From: an uncultured Candidatus Saccharimonas sp. | Lineage (GTDB): Bacteria > Patescibacteriota > Saccharimonadia > Saccharimonadales > Saccharimonadaceae | Direction: 5' to 3' | Assembly (NCBI GenBank): GCA_963524215.1 | Contig: CAURDS010000001.1 | Coordinates: 99,625-163,624 of the forward strand | DNA length: 64,000 bases | Shown here: positions 38,188 to 48,577 of the stretch, one piece after another | Position numbering within the stretch: position 1 is the first letter of the stretch | Layout: each line of letters begins with the position of its first letter | The notes under the pieces: model-generated | Databases searched by the model: none | The model's input: only the letters and a program-made list of their open reading frames with translations | Told to the model about the DNA's origin: nothing | Made by a program: the position numbers and the translations under genes

Positions 38188-40980
38188 CTAATGCTCAATT
38201 TTAAGATTATTCGTATTTTGAGCTTCTCGAGTTTGCGGTTTTAAATTTCGCGAACGCGGTTTGCGGCGTTTTTTTACTTGCGGAATTTCAATTCCTTTTT
38301 CAGCAAAAGCTTTCGAAAGATCCTTAAGGCCTAAACTTGGTTCTTTTTGTTCAGCAGAATTTGGACTAATCTTTTTTGGATCAATTGGTGCTTTCGAAAA
38401 ATCAATTTTTTTCGCTTCAAACATTGGTTGAATTGGTGTAAAATTTTGTGGTTTTGCTGTTGGTTTTATGTTCTGGGATTTTTGGTTCGAAATTCCTTGA
38501 TTTTTAACTGGCGCAAAAACATTTTCCGCGACCTTTTTCGAAAATTCTACCCCATTTCGTTCCGCCCAAGCTTTTGTCATTAGTTCTTTTGGTGGCACTA
38601 GAATATCGCGGATGCGTTGTTCGATGACGGCTCGTGGCGTACTGTAATTTCGGCGCGTATTTTCAATAATCTTCGCGCTCAAATCATTAAAAGGTTTTGG
38701 CAAAGTTAAAGTTGTTGCGCTAAATGGTGTTGATTTTTCGCCGTTAATAATCATCGTCATTACAAAATGGCGGTTATTTAAGCTCATTAAATCTGAAGCA
38801 TCGAATTGTGGCTTAAACTGCTCGGCCAAAACTGGAGCGTCTTCAACCGAAACACGGAACGAAATGATTGATCCAACATTTCCAAAAACCGCATTTTTAA
38901 CGCTGTCGGTCATTTGTGAAACATATTGATTAGCAACGGTTAAAGTTAAGCCGTATTTTCGAATTTCTGAAAGAATTACCGCAAAAGAATCGGTAGCAAA
39001 GTTTTGAAATTCATCAACATAAAGATGAAATGGCCGGCGATCTTCAAGTCGTTCAATATCTGCACGCGATTGGGCGGCAAGCTGAATTTTAGTTACCAAA
39101 AAAGAACCAAGAACTGAGGCATTATCTTCACCAATTAACCCTTTTGAAAGATTAACAACCAAGATTTTACCTTCATCCATAATCTCGCGAATATTAAAGG
39201 TCGATTTTGGCTGACCAATGATATTTCGAATAATTGGGTTTGCTGTGAAAGCCCCAACCTTATTTAAAATTGGTGCAATAGCTTCATTCACCTGTTTTTC
39301 ACCCCATTGACCAAATTCCTTTTTCCAGAATTGAAGTACGGAGTCATCTTTACAATAAGTTAAAGTCTCTTTTCGAAAATCGCCATCTGTTAGCATTCTT
39401 GAAATATCAAGCATTGTAGTTTCTGGGCGATCAAGAAGTGCCAGAAGTGTGAAACGCAAGATATATTCAAGGCGAGGACCCCAAGAGTCGCCAAACATAC
39501 GCTTCAAAACACCGATAACCTCGGAAGAAATATTCGATTTTCGACTTGGATCGGTGACTTCAAGTGGATTGAAACCGAGCGGAAATTCAGTATCGGCAGG
39601 ATTAAAATAAATTACATCATTAAGACGATGCTCAGGAATGAATCGCATGTTGTTTTGCGCAAAATCGCCGTGTGGGTCGATAATTGCATATCCTTCCCCA
39701 TGAAAAATATCCGAAAGTGCCAAAAGCTCAAGCGATCCAGATTTCCCAGTTCCTGTTTGACCAATAATATAAAGATGGCGTGAACGGTCGCGGCGAAGCA
39801 TTCCGAATTGGTGATTAATTCCACGAAAGTTTGTTAAACCAAAAGCTGAAATATTTTCATCATGTGCGCGGTTGCCAGTAATTATTGGTAATTTTGAAGG
39901 TGGTTCGGCGGTTTTACTTGAAGCCCAAACAATGTTTGGAGTTTCTACGTTTGTGTGCGGTAAATGCCAAATGCTGGCGAGTTCTTGAATATTTAAAATA
40001 AAGCCATCATTAAAGAATATTCGCGACTGAAAATCTCGAATTTTATCTTTATCGAGTGAAGAATTTGAAGCTTTAAAACCATTTAAATTTGTACTATTAA
40101 ACTGTTTGAAAGTTCCAGTTAAAGCTTGAATTTGAAGCCGTGCAGTATCTTCATCTTCACCTAAATATGCCAAGCGAATTTTAACTTGATAACCAAGTTT
40201 TGTGGCCTTCTCTTCAGCTTTCGAAATACGAGTTTTATCGCGGTCGGACGGTTCTTTTTTAGCATTTTCTGAACCTTCCGGTGGTGTCCAAAGCGCTTCT
40301 AAAATTCGCAAAATATATTTCCAGTCGATTTTAAAAGCTTTTTTGCCAGACTTAACTTTTTTCACCCATTCGTCTGACTTTTTATGCCAATCATCGGCAA
40401 CTGGTCGTGCCAAAACTTGAATCCATAGCTGGTCATTTGTTCCGTCTAATTTTGCAAGCGTTCCAGTAATTCCCGCAAGCGGGTCAACTTCGAAACCATC
40501 AAAAGTTTTAATTGGCAAGGCCTCGTTTTCAATCAAGTCGATTTCAGTTGAATAAATTACGTGTTTATTTTCGAGATTTTCTGCGTAATCTTCTTTTGCT
40601 TCATAAATTTGAACTGTTGGGTATTGTGAATAAATTTGCCCTTCCACAAAACTTTGTAGAGTTCTCGGCATCCAAACATAAAACTGAATTGCGCCATTAA
40701 CAGATACTATCTCGAAACTTAAATGTTCCTGAACACCATTGTTGTTTTTAAGCTCGGTTGGGTCTCGCAAAATTCCGTGCAAACTGGCAAGGAGTTGCTC
40801 GGCAGCAAGCTCAGATTTATCGTTAGTTTTTGGAATTTCCAACGCTAAAAGAACACTGTCGGTATTCATCACAGTTAATTTGTCGATTTTTTTGTAATTT
40901 TGCCAAGTTAGAAAAGCTAAAATCGCTACGATAGTTAGCCAAACTAAAGGGTTAAATAAGATTGAAAAAAATGCCGTCAT
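38188..40980 (-). CDS. Membrane-anchored VirD4/TraD/HerA-like ATPase
   Basis: HLYIIGQTGTGKS, IDPHGD, LYVDEFQNF, E.RKY, ANQY..Q, GNVGS. Confidence 0.85.
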   Translation of the reverse strand: MTAFFSILFNPLVWLTIVAILAFLTWQNYKKIDKLTVMNTDSVLLALEIPKTNDKSELAAEQLLASLHGILRDPTELKNNNGVQEHLSFEIVSVNGAIQFYVWMPRTLQSFVEGQIYSQYPTVQIYEAKEDYAENLENKHVIYSTEIDLIENEALPIKTFDGFEVDPLAGITGTLAKLDGTNDQLWIQVLARPVADDWHKKSDEWVKKVKSGKKAFKIDWKYILRILEALWTPPEGSENAKKEPSDRDKTRISKAEEKATKLGYQVKIRLAYLGEDEDTARLQIQALTGTFKQFNSTNLNGFKASNSSLDKDKIRDFQSRIFFNDGFILNIQELASIWHLPHTNVETPNIVWASSKTAEPPSKLPIITGNRAHDENISAFGLTNFRGINHQFGMLRRDRSRHLYIIGQTGTGKSGSLELLALSDIFHGEGYAIIDPHGDFAQNNMRFIPEHRLNDVIYFNPADTEFPLGFNPLEVTDPSRKSNISSEVIGVLKRMFGDSWGPRLEYILRFTLLALLDRPETTMLDISRMLTDGDFRKETLTYCKDDSVLQFWKKEFGQWGEKQVNEAIAPILNKVGAFTANPIIRNIIGQPKSTFNIREIMDEGKILVVNLSKGLIGEDNASVLGSFLVTKIQLAAQSRADIERLEDRRPFHLYVDEFQNFATDSFAVILSEIRKYGLTLTVANQYVSQMTDSVKNAVFGNVGSIISFRVSVEDAPVLAEQFKPQFDASDLMSLNNRHFVMTMIINGEKSTPFSATTLTLPKPFNDLSAKIIENTRRNYSTPRAVIEQRIRDILVPPKELMTKAWAERNGVEFSKKVAENVFAPVKNQGISNQKSQNIKPTAKPQNFTPIQPMFEAKKIDFSKAPIDPKKISPNSAEQKEPSLGLKDLSKAFAEKGIEIPQVKKRRKPRSRNLKPQTREAQNTNNLKIEH

Positions 40981-41086
40981 AGTGTTTAAATAATAGCATA
41001 AAACTGCAAAAAAATCAAGATGGTGGTTATGCTTTTTGGTTTTTCGAAAGTAAAATTCGCCCAAATTTTTGAGCGAATCTCAGTTT

Positions 41087-42145
41087 TTAGGCGAGTTCAG
41101 CTAAAGTGTAAGTTGCTTTTGCTACGCGTTTGAATTCTTTTTTGCTTTGAAGATTTAGTAGAACAGTTGTCTCTTTAACTTTGCGTTTTTCAAGCACGCG
41201 TTTTACGATTTCATCTCGGTAAAGTGGTTCGCCCGCTTCCTTAAGAACCGCTGTAATTATATCAGCCACAGTTCCACGTTTGAAACCCCAAGTGTCGAGT
41301 GCATAAATTCCGCGGCCAATCAAAACAAAACGTTTGTCTTTAATTAGCTCATTATGAATTGCTTGAGTTGTGACCGCTTTTCGGCTAAAGTCACTCTTTC
41401 GAATTTCTTCAGCAATTTCTGAAAAATGCATTGGCTTTTTTTGGCTTTCTAAAATCACAAAAATTTTGTCGCGAATATTTTTCGGATTCACCGCTGGCCA
41501 TTTTTCAAGACCCCAAAGCCCGTTTAAGGTTGCGAGTAATTTTGAAATACTGGCAATCGCACTAATTTGGCTTGGATGTTCATAGCTCAATTGCTCGTCT
41601 AATTGTTCTAAGGTTACTGGACTTTTATTCTTTTTGATGATATTGACAATTTCATCGATTGATTTTTTAATTTTTCGTTCGTCGCCGTATTCTGCGTTAG
41701 CGATTGCACTGTTGTATTTATCGTTTTCCTGGACTAAAACTAATTTCGAACTAATTTCAGCAATAAATAAAAAGTTAAAAATTTGCTGATCGCTCGACTC
41801 AGATTCAATAGTTTTTTCAACAAGATTTTTAGTTTTCGAAATTCGCCCAACTTCGGCAAGATTTCGAATTATAGTTTTTTCGATTTCAGCAAGATGTTCG
41901 ATATTTCCCTTCTCAGCAGCGATTTTTAATCTAATAAGCGCGGCTTTTTCAAGCTGACGAACTCGCTCACGAGTGATATCAAGCCTTTCGCCAATTTGTT
42001 CGAGAGTTTCTTTTTGCTCGCCAAGCCCAAAGCGGCGGTTGATAATTTCGCGTTCTCGCGGTTGGTCGATAACTTGCAAAGCGTTCGAAATAACCGTTTG
42101 AATCAACTGGATTTTTTCATTCTGAATCTGAGTTTCTTGTTCCAT
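41087..42145 (-). CDS. Sigma70 region-4 domain fused to winged-HTH (HARE/RNAP delta-like) domains
   Basis: RRFGL...TLEQIG..L.ITRERVRQLE; P.HF.EI...HNELI...RFVL.GRG.YAL. Confidence 0.75.
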   Translation of the reverse strand: MEQETQIQNEKIQLIQTVISNALQVIDQPREREIINRRFGLGEQKETLEQIGERLDITRERVRQLEKAALIRLKIAAEKGNIEHLAEIEKTIIRNLAEVGRISKTKNLVEKTIESESSDQQIFNFLFIAEISSKLVLVQENDKYNSAIANAEYGDERKIKKSIDEIVNIIKKNKSPVTLEQLDEQLSYEHPSQISAIASISKLLATLNGLWGLEKWPAVNPKNIRDKIFVILESQKKPMHFSEIAEEIRKSDFSRKAVTTQAIHNELIKDKRFVLIGRGIYALDTWGFKRGTVADIITAVLKEAGEPLYRDEIVKRVLEKRKVKETTVLLNLQSKKEFKRVAKATYTLAELA

Positions 42146-42349
42146 AATTCCCTTGATTAAATTTAATACTTTATAAAAACCAAGTATTATTTTTCAATAA
42201 CACTTGAGTATTGTCAATACCATTTATCTCTTCTTTATTTATATTATACCACAAAATTGTAAAAAACAACAAAAAATGACATAAAAATTTATTTTTAAAA
42301 CTTTTATGTCATTATGCTTGCGCTTATAATAAAATATTAACTACTATTT

Positions 42350-44722
42350 TTAAGATTTTTTCGTTTTCGAAACGGATTTTTTAGTATTTTTAGAAGCTGT
42401 TTTTCGTTTAGTCGATTTTCTAGTTGTAGTTTTTTTGCCAGATTTTCGAGATTTTGCAACTTCAATTAATTCACTGGCTTGTTTTTCGGTAATTTTTTCA
42501 ATGTCTAAATCTTTTGGTAGAATTGCTTTAATTTCGTTATCGGTAATATATTTCCTTCCAAATCCGCCGCGAGAAATTGTAATTCCGTTTTTAAATTTCT
42601 TTAAAATTCGCTTTTCATCAGCCTTCAGTTTTTCTTCGTAAAGTATCTGCGCTTCAGTTTCAGTAATTTCGAAAGGAGACATTGGCTTAATACTCACAAA
42701 AGTATTTTCAATTTTAATATATGGGCCATATTGGCCAATGTTGGCTGTAATTTCTTTACCGTCCTCGGTTTTGCCAACTTTTCGTGGCAAAAGGAACATT
42801 TTTAAGGCATTCTCAAGTGAAACTGTTTCAATTTTTTCGCCAGCTGGCATTGGTGCAAATTTAACTTCTTCGCCCTCAACTTTATTATCGCCAAGCTGAA
42901 TCATTGGTCCGAAACGACCAAATCGTGCAAAAACTTTTCGCCCAGTTTTTGGATCGACTCCAATTTCACGAGCGGGCGCTACAGCGTTGCGGTCGATTTC
43001 GCCTGAATCCATAATTAATTTATGAAATGGTTTATAGAAATCGTCAAGCACTTCAAGACGATCTTCTTCGCCTAAAGCAATTTTGTCGAAGTCATTCTCG
43101 AGGTTTGCCGTCCAGCCATAATCAACAACCTGATTAAAATAATCATTCAAAAAATCACTCAAAACCTCGCCGCTCGCAGTCGGCAGTAATTTTCCTTTAG
43201 TTGAACCAGTTTTTTCTTGAATAACTTTGCGGTTAATTTGGTTTTTCGAAAGTGAAATTTGAATCACATCGCGCGGATTCCCTTCGCCTTCACCTTTTAT
43301 AGCGTAGCTACGAGCCTGAATTGTATCCAAAATTGTAGCATAAGTTGATGGGCGGCCAATTCCTAAATCTTCGAGTTTTTTAACAAGAGAACCTTCGGTA
43401 TAACGTGCCGGTGGTCGTGAAAAAACTTCTTTTGCGATGATTTCATTAAAATTCAAACTATCACCACTTGTAAGCTCTGGTAAGAATTCATCTTTCTTTC
43501 CGTTTGAATAAACTTTCAAAAATCCGTCAAAAACAACCACTTCACCTTTAGCTTCAAAATAATTTTCTTGACCAGAAATTTCAATTTTAATATTGGTTTT
43601 TTCAATTTGTGCTGGCGTCATTTGGCTAGCAAGTGTTCGGTTTCGAATCAGTGTATAAATTTTTTGTAAATCTTGGCTGGTTGAAACTTTTTCATTCGCT
43701 ATTACGGTTGGTCGAATTGCTTCGTGTGCTTCTTGCGCTGCGGCCGATTTTGTGGCAAAATTGCGTGCTTTGTGATATTTTTCACCGAAAGTTTTCTTAA
43801 TAAATTCTTCACTAGATTTAATTGCGAATCCACTCAAATTTACGCTGTCGGTTCGCATGTAGGTAATTTTACCAGATTGGTAAAGTTTTTGTGCGGTCGC
43901 CATCGTGCTTTTGGCTGAAAATCCGAGCCGTGCATTAGCTTCTTGCTGAAGCGTTGAAGTTGTAAAAGGTGCACTCGGGTTGCGAGTTCCAGGAGTTTTT
44001 GAAATATCCGCCACTTTAAAATTAGCATTTTTTAAGCTTTCGAGAAAATCGGTTGCAGCTTTTTCGGTTTCGAATTTTTCATTAAGTTCAGCTTTTAAGA
44101 TTTCACCTGAGCTTGGAACGAAAAACTCCCCAGTAATTTTAAACGAACTTTTTGCGCCAAATTTTTCAATTTCACGCTCTCGTTCCACGAGTAGTTTAAC
44201 TGCTGGGCTCTGCACACGACCAGCACTTTTGCCACCAGGAACTTTTCGCCACACAACAGGGCTTAAATCAAAACCAACCAACCAGTCCAAAGTTTGGCGA
44301 GTTTGCTGAGCTTCAACCATTTTCATATCAATTTTTCGTGGATTTTTAATCGCTTCTTCAATTGCATTTTTAGTAATTTCGTGAAAAACAATTCGCTTGG
44401 TAGTTTTTGGGTCTAATTTTAAAACCTCGCAAAGGTGCCACGCAATCGCTTCTCCTTCGCGGTCTTCATCGGTTGCAAGCCAAACTTCTTTAGCAGCCTT
44501 AACGGCTTTCCTGAGTTCACTAACTACTTTTTTCTTGCCCGGGTCAACTTCAAAAGTGATTTTATATTTATTATTTGTTTCGATTGGTCGCCCACCATCT
44601 TTATTTTTTTTGGCAATCTGGCGAATATGCCCAACGCTGGACATTACTGTAAAATCTTTGCCGAGATATTTTTCGATAGTTTTAGCCTTGGCGGGGCTCT
44701 CTACGATTACTAAATTCTTCAT
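42350..44722 (-). CDS. topA: DNA topoisomerase I
   Basis: IVESPAK, DEDREGE, SAGRVQ, ITYMRTD, GIGRPSTY; C-terminal G.FGP repeats. Confidence 0.95.
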   Translation of the reverse strand: MKNLVIVESPAKAKTIEKYLGKDFTVMSSVGHIRQIAKKNKDGGRPIETNNKYKITFEVDPGKKKVVSELRKAVKAAKEVWLATDEDREGEAIAWHLCEVLKLDPKTTKRIVFHEITKNAIEEAIKNPRKIDMKMVEAQQTRQTLDWLVGFDLSPVVWRKVPGGKSAGRVQSPAVKLLVEREREIEKFGAKSSFKITGEFFVPSSGEILKAELNEKFETEKAATDFLESLKNANFKVADISKTPGTRNPSAPFTTSTLQQEANARLGFSAKSTMATAQKLYQSGKITYMRTDSVNLSGFAIKSSEEFIKKTFGEKYHKARNFATKSAAAQEAHEAIRPTVIANEKVSTSQDLQKIYTLIRNRTLASQMTPAQIEKTNIKIEISGQENYFEAKGEVVVFDGFLKVYSNGKKDEFLPELTSGDSLNFNEIIAKEVFSRPPARYTEGSLVKKLEDLGIGRPSTYATILDTIQARSYAIKGEGEGNPRDVIQISLSKNQINRKVIQEKTGSTKGKLLPTASGEVLSDFLNDYFNQVVDYGWTANLENDFDKIALGEEDRLEVLDDFYKPFHKLIMDSGEIDRNAVAPAREIGVDPKTGRKVFARFGRFGPMIQLGDNKVEGEEVKFAPMPAGEKIETVSLENALKMFLLPRKVGKTEDGKEITANIGQYGPYIKIENTFVSIKPMSPFEITETEAQILYEEKLKADEKRILKKFKNGITISRGGFGRKYITDNEIKAILPKDLDIEKITEKQASELIEVAKSRKSGKKTTTRKSTKRKTASKNTKKSVSKTKKS

Positions 44723-44943
44723 AAGCTTAATTTATTTTAACACTTTCAAAGTTTTTCTGCAAATTTTAAAATTAATAATTTGGCAGAATTTCAGATTTTT
44801 TATAAATTTAATTAAAAATAAAAATATAAGTTAATTGCAATACTTCCACGCACCTAACTAGAAACGATTAAAAGTTGTTTTGAATTTTTAAGCATAACTA
44901 ATTTGGTTTGAAATCTGCTGCGAAATCTGATATAATCAAGCTT

Positions 44944-46254
44944 ATGAAAATTGCAATTGCATCTGATTTATTCTGGCCGATGATTAACGGAATTTCGGTC
45001 TTTTCGAAAAACTTGGCTGAGCAAATGACGGCTCGTGGCCACGAAGTTGTGGTTTTTGCGCCAAGCCAGACTGGTGAATATTATATCGAAGAAATCGACG
45101 GCTACCGCGTAGTTCGTTTAAGCTCGACCAACTTCCCTTTTTACCCGAATCAAACCGAGACTCTGCCTGAGCCTCGCAAAATTGCTGGTGGCCGAATTAC
45201 CATTCCGCGAATTTACCTTCATAATGGATATAGGCTTTCTCTTCTCCCGATTCGAGAAATCCGCAAATTTTGCAAAGAAAATAATTTTATGCCAGATGTT
45301 TCGCACATCCAATTGCAACTTTTTGTGGGTCAGGCAATGATCGATTTTTCGCGAAAGCATAATATTCCAGTAGTGATTACTAATCATTCTAGCCCCGAGA
45401 ACTTATTCGATAATTTAAAAATGCTTGCACCGCTCTCGCCTATTATCAATCGCACAGTTTTACTTTATACTAAACGCTTTGCGCTTCAGGCTGATTACGC
45501 CACAATGCCAACTCAGCAAGCAATTGAAAGACATTTTCGAAATCCAGAAAAAGCTAAAATGCCGATTGAAGCTGTTTCGAACGGTATTGATTTGAGCCGA
45601 TTCACTCCTGAAAAACCGCCAAAAGAATTTTTTGAAAAATTTGATTTAGCTCAAAATTCACCGATTGTAATGAATATTGGTCGTGTTGACGCCGAAAAAC
45701 ACATTTCAACATTGATTTTGGCATTTAATGAAGTATTAAAAAATAACAAAAAAGCTCAGCTCGTGGTTGTTGGTGATGGCACCGATCGTCCGAATCTTGA
45801 GAATTTGGTTTATAAATTAGGAATTTCGAAAAATGTGCACTTTATGGGCACGCAACTTGGTGAAGATTTGGTGAATTTTCACCGTGCGGCTAGCGTATTT
45901 GTCTCAGCAAGCCCAACTGAAACTCAAGGAATTGTTTTTCTTGAGGCAGCGGCTTGTGGTAAGCCTGTGATTGGTGTTGATGTTGGTGCGGTTAAAGAAA
46001 TCTGTCAAGATGGTGTGAATGGTTTTTTGTGTGAAACTGATAATGTTGAGCAAATTGCCGAAAGCATTTCGAAGATTTTAAACGATAAAAAACTTGCGGC
46101 AGATTTTTCGAAAAACGGTCTTGAAATTATTAAGAAACACGATTTGAATTTTACAATTTCAAAATTTGAAGAAATTTATAATTTTGTAATCGAAAAGAAA
46201 AAGCAAGAACCGCGAAATTGGCTCGAAAAACTCTCGCGAAAATTGAAGAAATAA
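44944..46254 (+). CDS. GT4-family glycosyltransferase
   Basis: P.INGIS, NGID, GR...EK, ETQGIV.LEA. TGATATAAT lies 7 nt before ATG 44944. Confidence 0.9.
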   Translation: MKIAIASDLFWPMINGISVFSKNLAEQMTARGHEVVVFAPSQTGEYYIEEIDGYRVVRLSSTNFPFYPNQTETLPEPRKIAGGRITIPRIYLHNGYRLSLLPIREIRKFCKENNFMPDVSHIQLQLFVGQAMIDFSRKHNIPVVITNHSSPENLFDNLKMLAPLSPIINRTVLLYTKRFALQADYATMPTQQAIERHFRNPEKAKMPIEAVSNGIDLSRFTPEKPPKEFFEKFDLAQNSPIVMNIGRVDAEKHISTLILAFNEVLKNNKKAQLVVVGDGTDRPNLENLVYKLGISKNVHFMGTQLGEDLVNFHRAASVFVSASPTETQGIVFLEAAACGKPVIGVDVGAVKEICQDGVNGFLCETDNVEQIAESISKILNDKKLAADFSKNGLEIIKKHDLNFTISKFEEIYNFVIEKKKQEPRNWLEKLSRKLKK

Positions 46255-46255
46255 T

Positions 46256-47950
46256 ATGATTCTTAGTGTAGAAGTTACTGAAAAATCTTTTGGCAACAAA
46301 CAACTTCTTCAGAATATAAAATTTAGCATTGATGAAGGTGAAAAAGTTGGTTTAATTGGGAGAAACGGGATTGGAAAATCTACGCTTTTCGGTATTTTGC
46401 TTGGCCGTGACCAAGATTTTTCGGGTGAAGTAATTTTTCGAAAAGGTTCAGTTATTGCCAGCACGCAACAGGAATATTCCAGCGTTGGTGAGCAGACTGT
46501 GCTTGATTTTATCTTGAATGATCTGCCGGAATACGCTCATCTTTCGAAACTTTTGCGTGAACTTCCTGAAAAAATGGGCGAAAACATGGCGCTGATCGAA
46601 AAATATACCGACGCCCTGAATCGTTTTCAAGAGAAAAATTTCCACTTTATTGAAGATAAAATCAAAGCTGAACTTCGTGATTTTGGCCTTGGTGGTTTTG
46701 AGAATCGGCAAATGAAAACACTTTCGGGCGGTCAGAAACGTTTAGTTGATACGATTAAAATTATCCATTCGAAAGCTGATTTGGCGCTCGTTGATGAGCC
46801 AACCAACTTTATGGATTCGCACGCTAAAAATCGTTTTTTGAGTTGGATGAAAAATTCTCATGAAGCGGTTCTCGTTATTACTCATGACCGTGATGTTCTC
46901 TCAAAGGTTGATCGAATTATTGAAATTCGTGATGGCAAAACTTATATTTTTAAAGGAAATTACGATGATTATTTGCGAGCGAATATGTTTTCGACTACCA
47001 ATCAAATTCAAGATTTTGAAAGTGTTCAGCGCCGAATTGCGAATTTGAAAGATAAAGTTCGTGAATATCAACGGATGAAGGAAAAAGCTCGCGATCCGAG
47101 CACGATCCAAAGATTTAAGCGGCTCGAAAATAAATCACGCGAAGAACTTGCAAGTCTTGAAGAGATTGAAAAACCAAGTTTTTGGATTGATCAAGAAAAT
47201 GTCGAAAATCTTGATTTCAAAGCAGCGAAATCTTATCAAAAATTTAAGGCTAAAAATGTTAAAATCGGTATTAAAAATGAAGAAACCCGTTCGGTGCGAA
47301 GTTTAGTGCGGGCAGAAAATCTTGCGCTTGGCTACGGTTCGCTTGAAGATGCGCTTGAAAGTAAAAACGGTGCAAAAATTCTTTTCAAAAATGTAAATTT
47401 TGATTTAAAAGTTGGTGGAATTTTGGAGATTTTTGGTCGAAACGGTGTTGGAAAAACCAGCTTAATTAAAACAATTTTTGGTGCGGAAAACGAAAAAGCG
47501 GAAATCTACGACGGCGAGATTTTTCTTGATGAAACCGCGAGAATTGGAGTTTATAGCCAAGAAATTGGTTCTGAGTTTTTTGAGATGAATCTAAAAGATG
47601 CAATTGAAAAAATCTACCTTGACCAAAATATTTCAATCACGGAGGAAAAAATTTATAGAATTTTACATCAATATCTATTTTCTGTTGAAGATTTTGAAAC
47701 GCCTATTCGTGAGCTTTCTGGCGGTCAAAAGGCACGTTTTCAGCTGATTAAAATGCTTTCGGATGAACCACAAATTTTGATTTTAGATGAGCCAACTTCG
47801 CACTTAGATTTGCCGAGTATTGAGGAACTTGAACGGGCTTTGAAGAATTATTCGGGTGCGATTATTTTTGTGAGCCACGATGATTATTTTCGAAAAGCGA
47901 TGAAATCTACCGAAAAGGATTTTCAAACTGTAGAAATTCATAGAAATTAA
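46256..47950 (+). CDS. ABC-F family ATPase
   Basis: Two ABC domains (GRNG.GK, LSGGQ, DEPT, HD), no TM segments. Confidence 0.9.
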   Translation: MILSVEVTEKSFGNKQLLQNIKFSIDEGEKVGLIGRNGIGKSTLFGILLGRDQDFSGEVIFRKGSVIASTQQEYSSVGEQTVLDFILNDLPEYAHLSKLLRELPEKMGENMALIEKYTDALNRFQEKNFHFIEDKIKAELRDFGLGGFENRQMKTLSGGQKRLVDTIKIIHSKADLALVDEPTNFMDSHAKNRFLSWMKNSHEAVLVITHDRDVLSKVDRIIEIRDGKTYIFKGNYDDYLRANMFSTTNQIQDFESVQRRIANLKDKVREYQRMKEKARDPSTIQRFKRLENKSREELASLEEIEKPSFWIDQENVENLDFKAAKSYQKFKAKNVKIGIKNEETRSVRSLVRAENLALGYGSLEDALESKNGAKILFKNVNFDLKVGGILEIFGRNGVGKTSLIKTIFGAENEKAEIYDGEIFLDETARIGVYSQEIGSEFFEMNLKDAIEKIYLDQNISITEEKIYRILHQYLFSVEDFETPIRELSGGQKARFQLIKMLSDEPQILILDEPTSHLDLPSIEELERALKNYSGAIIFVSHDDYFRKAMKSTEKDFQTVEIHRN

Positions 47951-48034
47951 AAGTGGAAACTGTTTTTGCTTTATTCTAAGCTTACTGAAAAAAATGCCGA
48001 ATCTTTTCTGCTTTATAATGATATGATAAAAATA

Positions 48035-48070
48035 AAATGTAGCGAAAGTTCAACCCTTCGCTACATTTTT
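48035..48070. terminator. Bidirectional terminator
   Basis: AAAATGTAGCGAA...TTCGCTACATTTT. Confidence 0.75.
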
Positions 48071-48076
48071 TTTCAG

Positions 48077-48328
48077 TTAAAATCGTTTAATATTAAGCAA
48101 TTTCGAAAGCTTTGCGCGATCAAAACCGAGTACAATTTCGCCATTTATATCTGTTACTGGCACGCCGCGGAATTCCCCACCCATTTTTGCAAGGAGCTCA
48201 TCGCGAGCTTCAGCATCTTCTTCAATATCTTTAGCTTCGAATTTTACACCGTTATGTTCGAGCCAGTCTTTTTCAGCTGAGCAAAATCCGCACCAGCTTG
48301 TTGAGTAAACAATAACTTTTTTATCCAT
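48077..48328 (-). CDS. Glutaredoxin/NrdH-like protein
   Basis: WCGFC, GVP, GFD. Confidence 0.9.
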   Translation of the reverse strand: MDKKVIVYSTSWCGFCSAEKDWLEHNGVKFEAKDIEEDAEARDELLAKMGGEFRGVPVTDINGEIVLGFDRAKLSKLLNIKRF

Positions 48329-48379
48329 AAATATAGTTTAGCATAAAAAGCTTAAAAAATCATTAAAATTTACAAAATA

Positions 48380-48577
48380 TTAAATTTTCTTGGTCAAATA
48401 CCATCCGCCATCTAAATCTTGATAAACTTTAAGTTCAAGTGAAAAATCCATCGCCATCAAATAATCCGCAGCTTTTTCAGCCTCAATCCTTGAAGTATAT
48501 CTCTTCTTTTTTGAACTTGAAAGCTGTATTTCGAATCGTTCAGACTTCACTTTCTGTTTATTATTTTTGCGTGGCAT
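48380..48577 (-). CDS. Hypothetical small protein
   Basis: 65-aa ORF overlapping the dus 3' end. Confidence 0.65.
   Translation of the reverse strand: MPRKNNKQKVKSERFEIQLSSSKKKRYTSRIEAEKAADYLMAMDFSLELKVYQDLDGGWYLTKKI

Noticed and set aside
46256..47950. ABC-F as an antibiotic-resistance (ARE) protein
   Set aside because: Subfamily cannot be assigned by eye; housekeeping ABC-Fs look similar.
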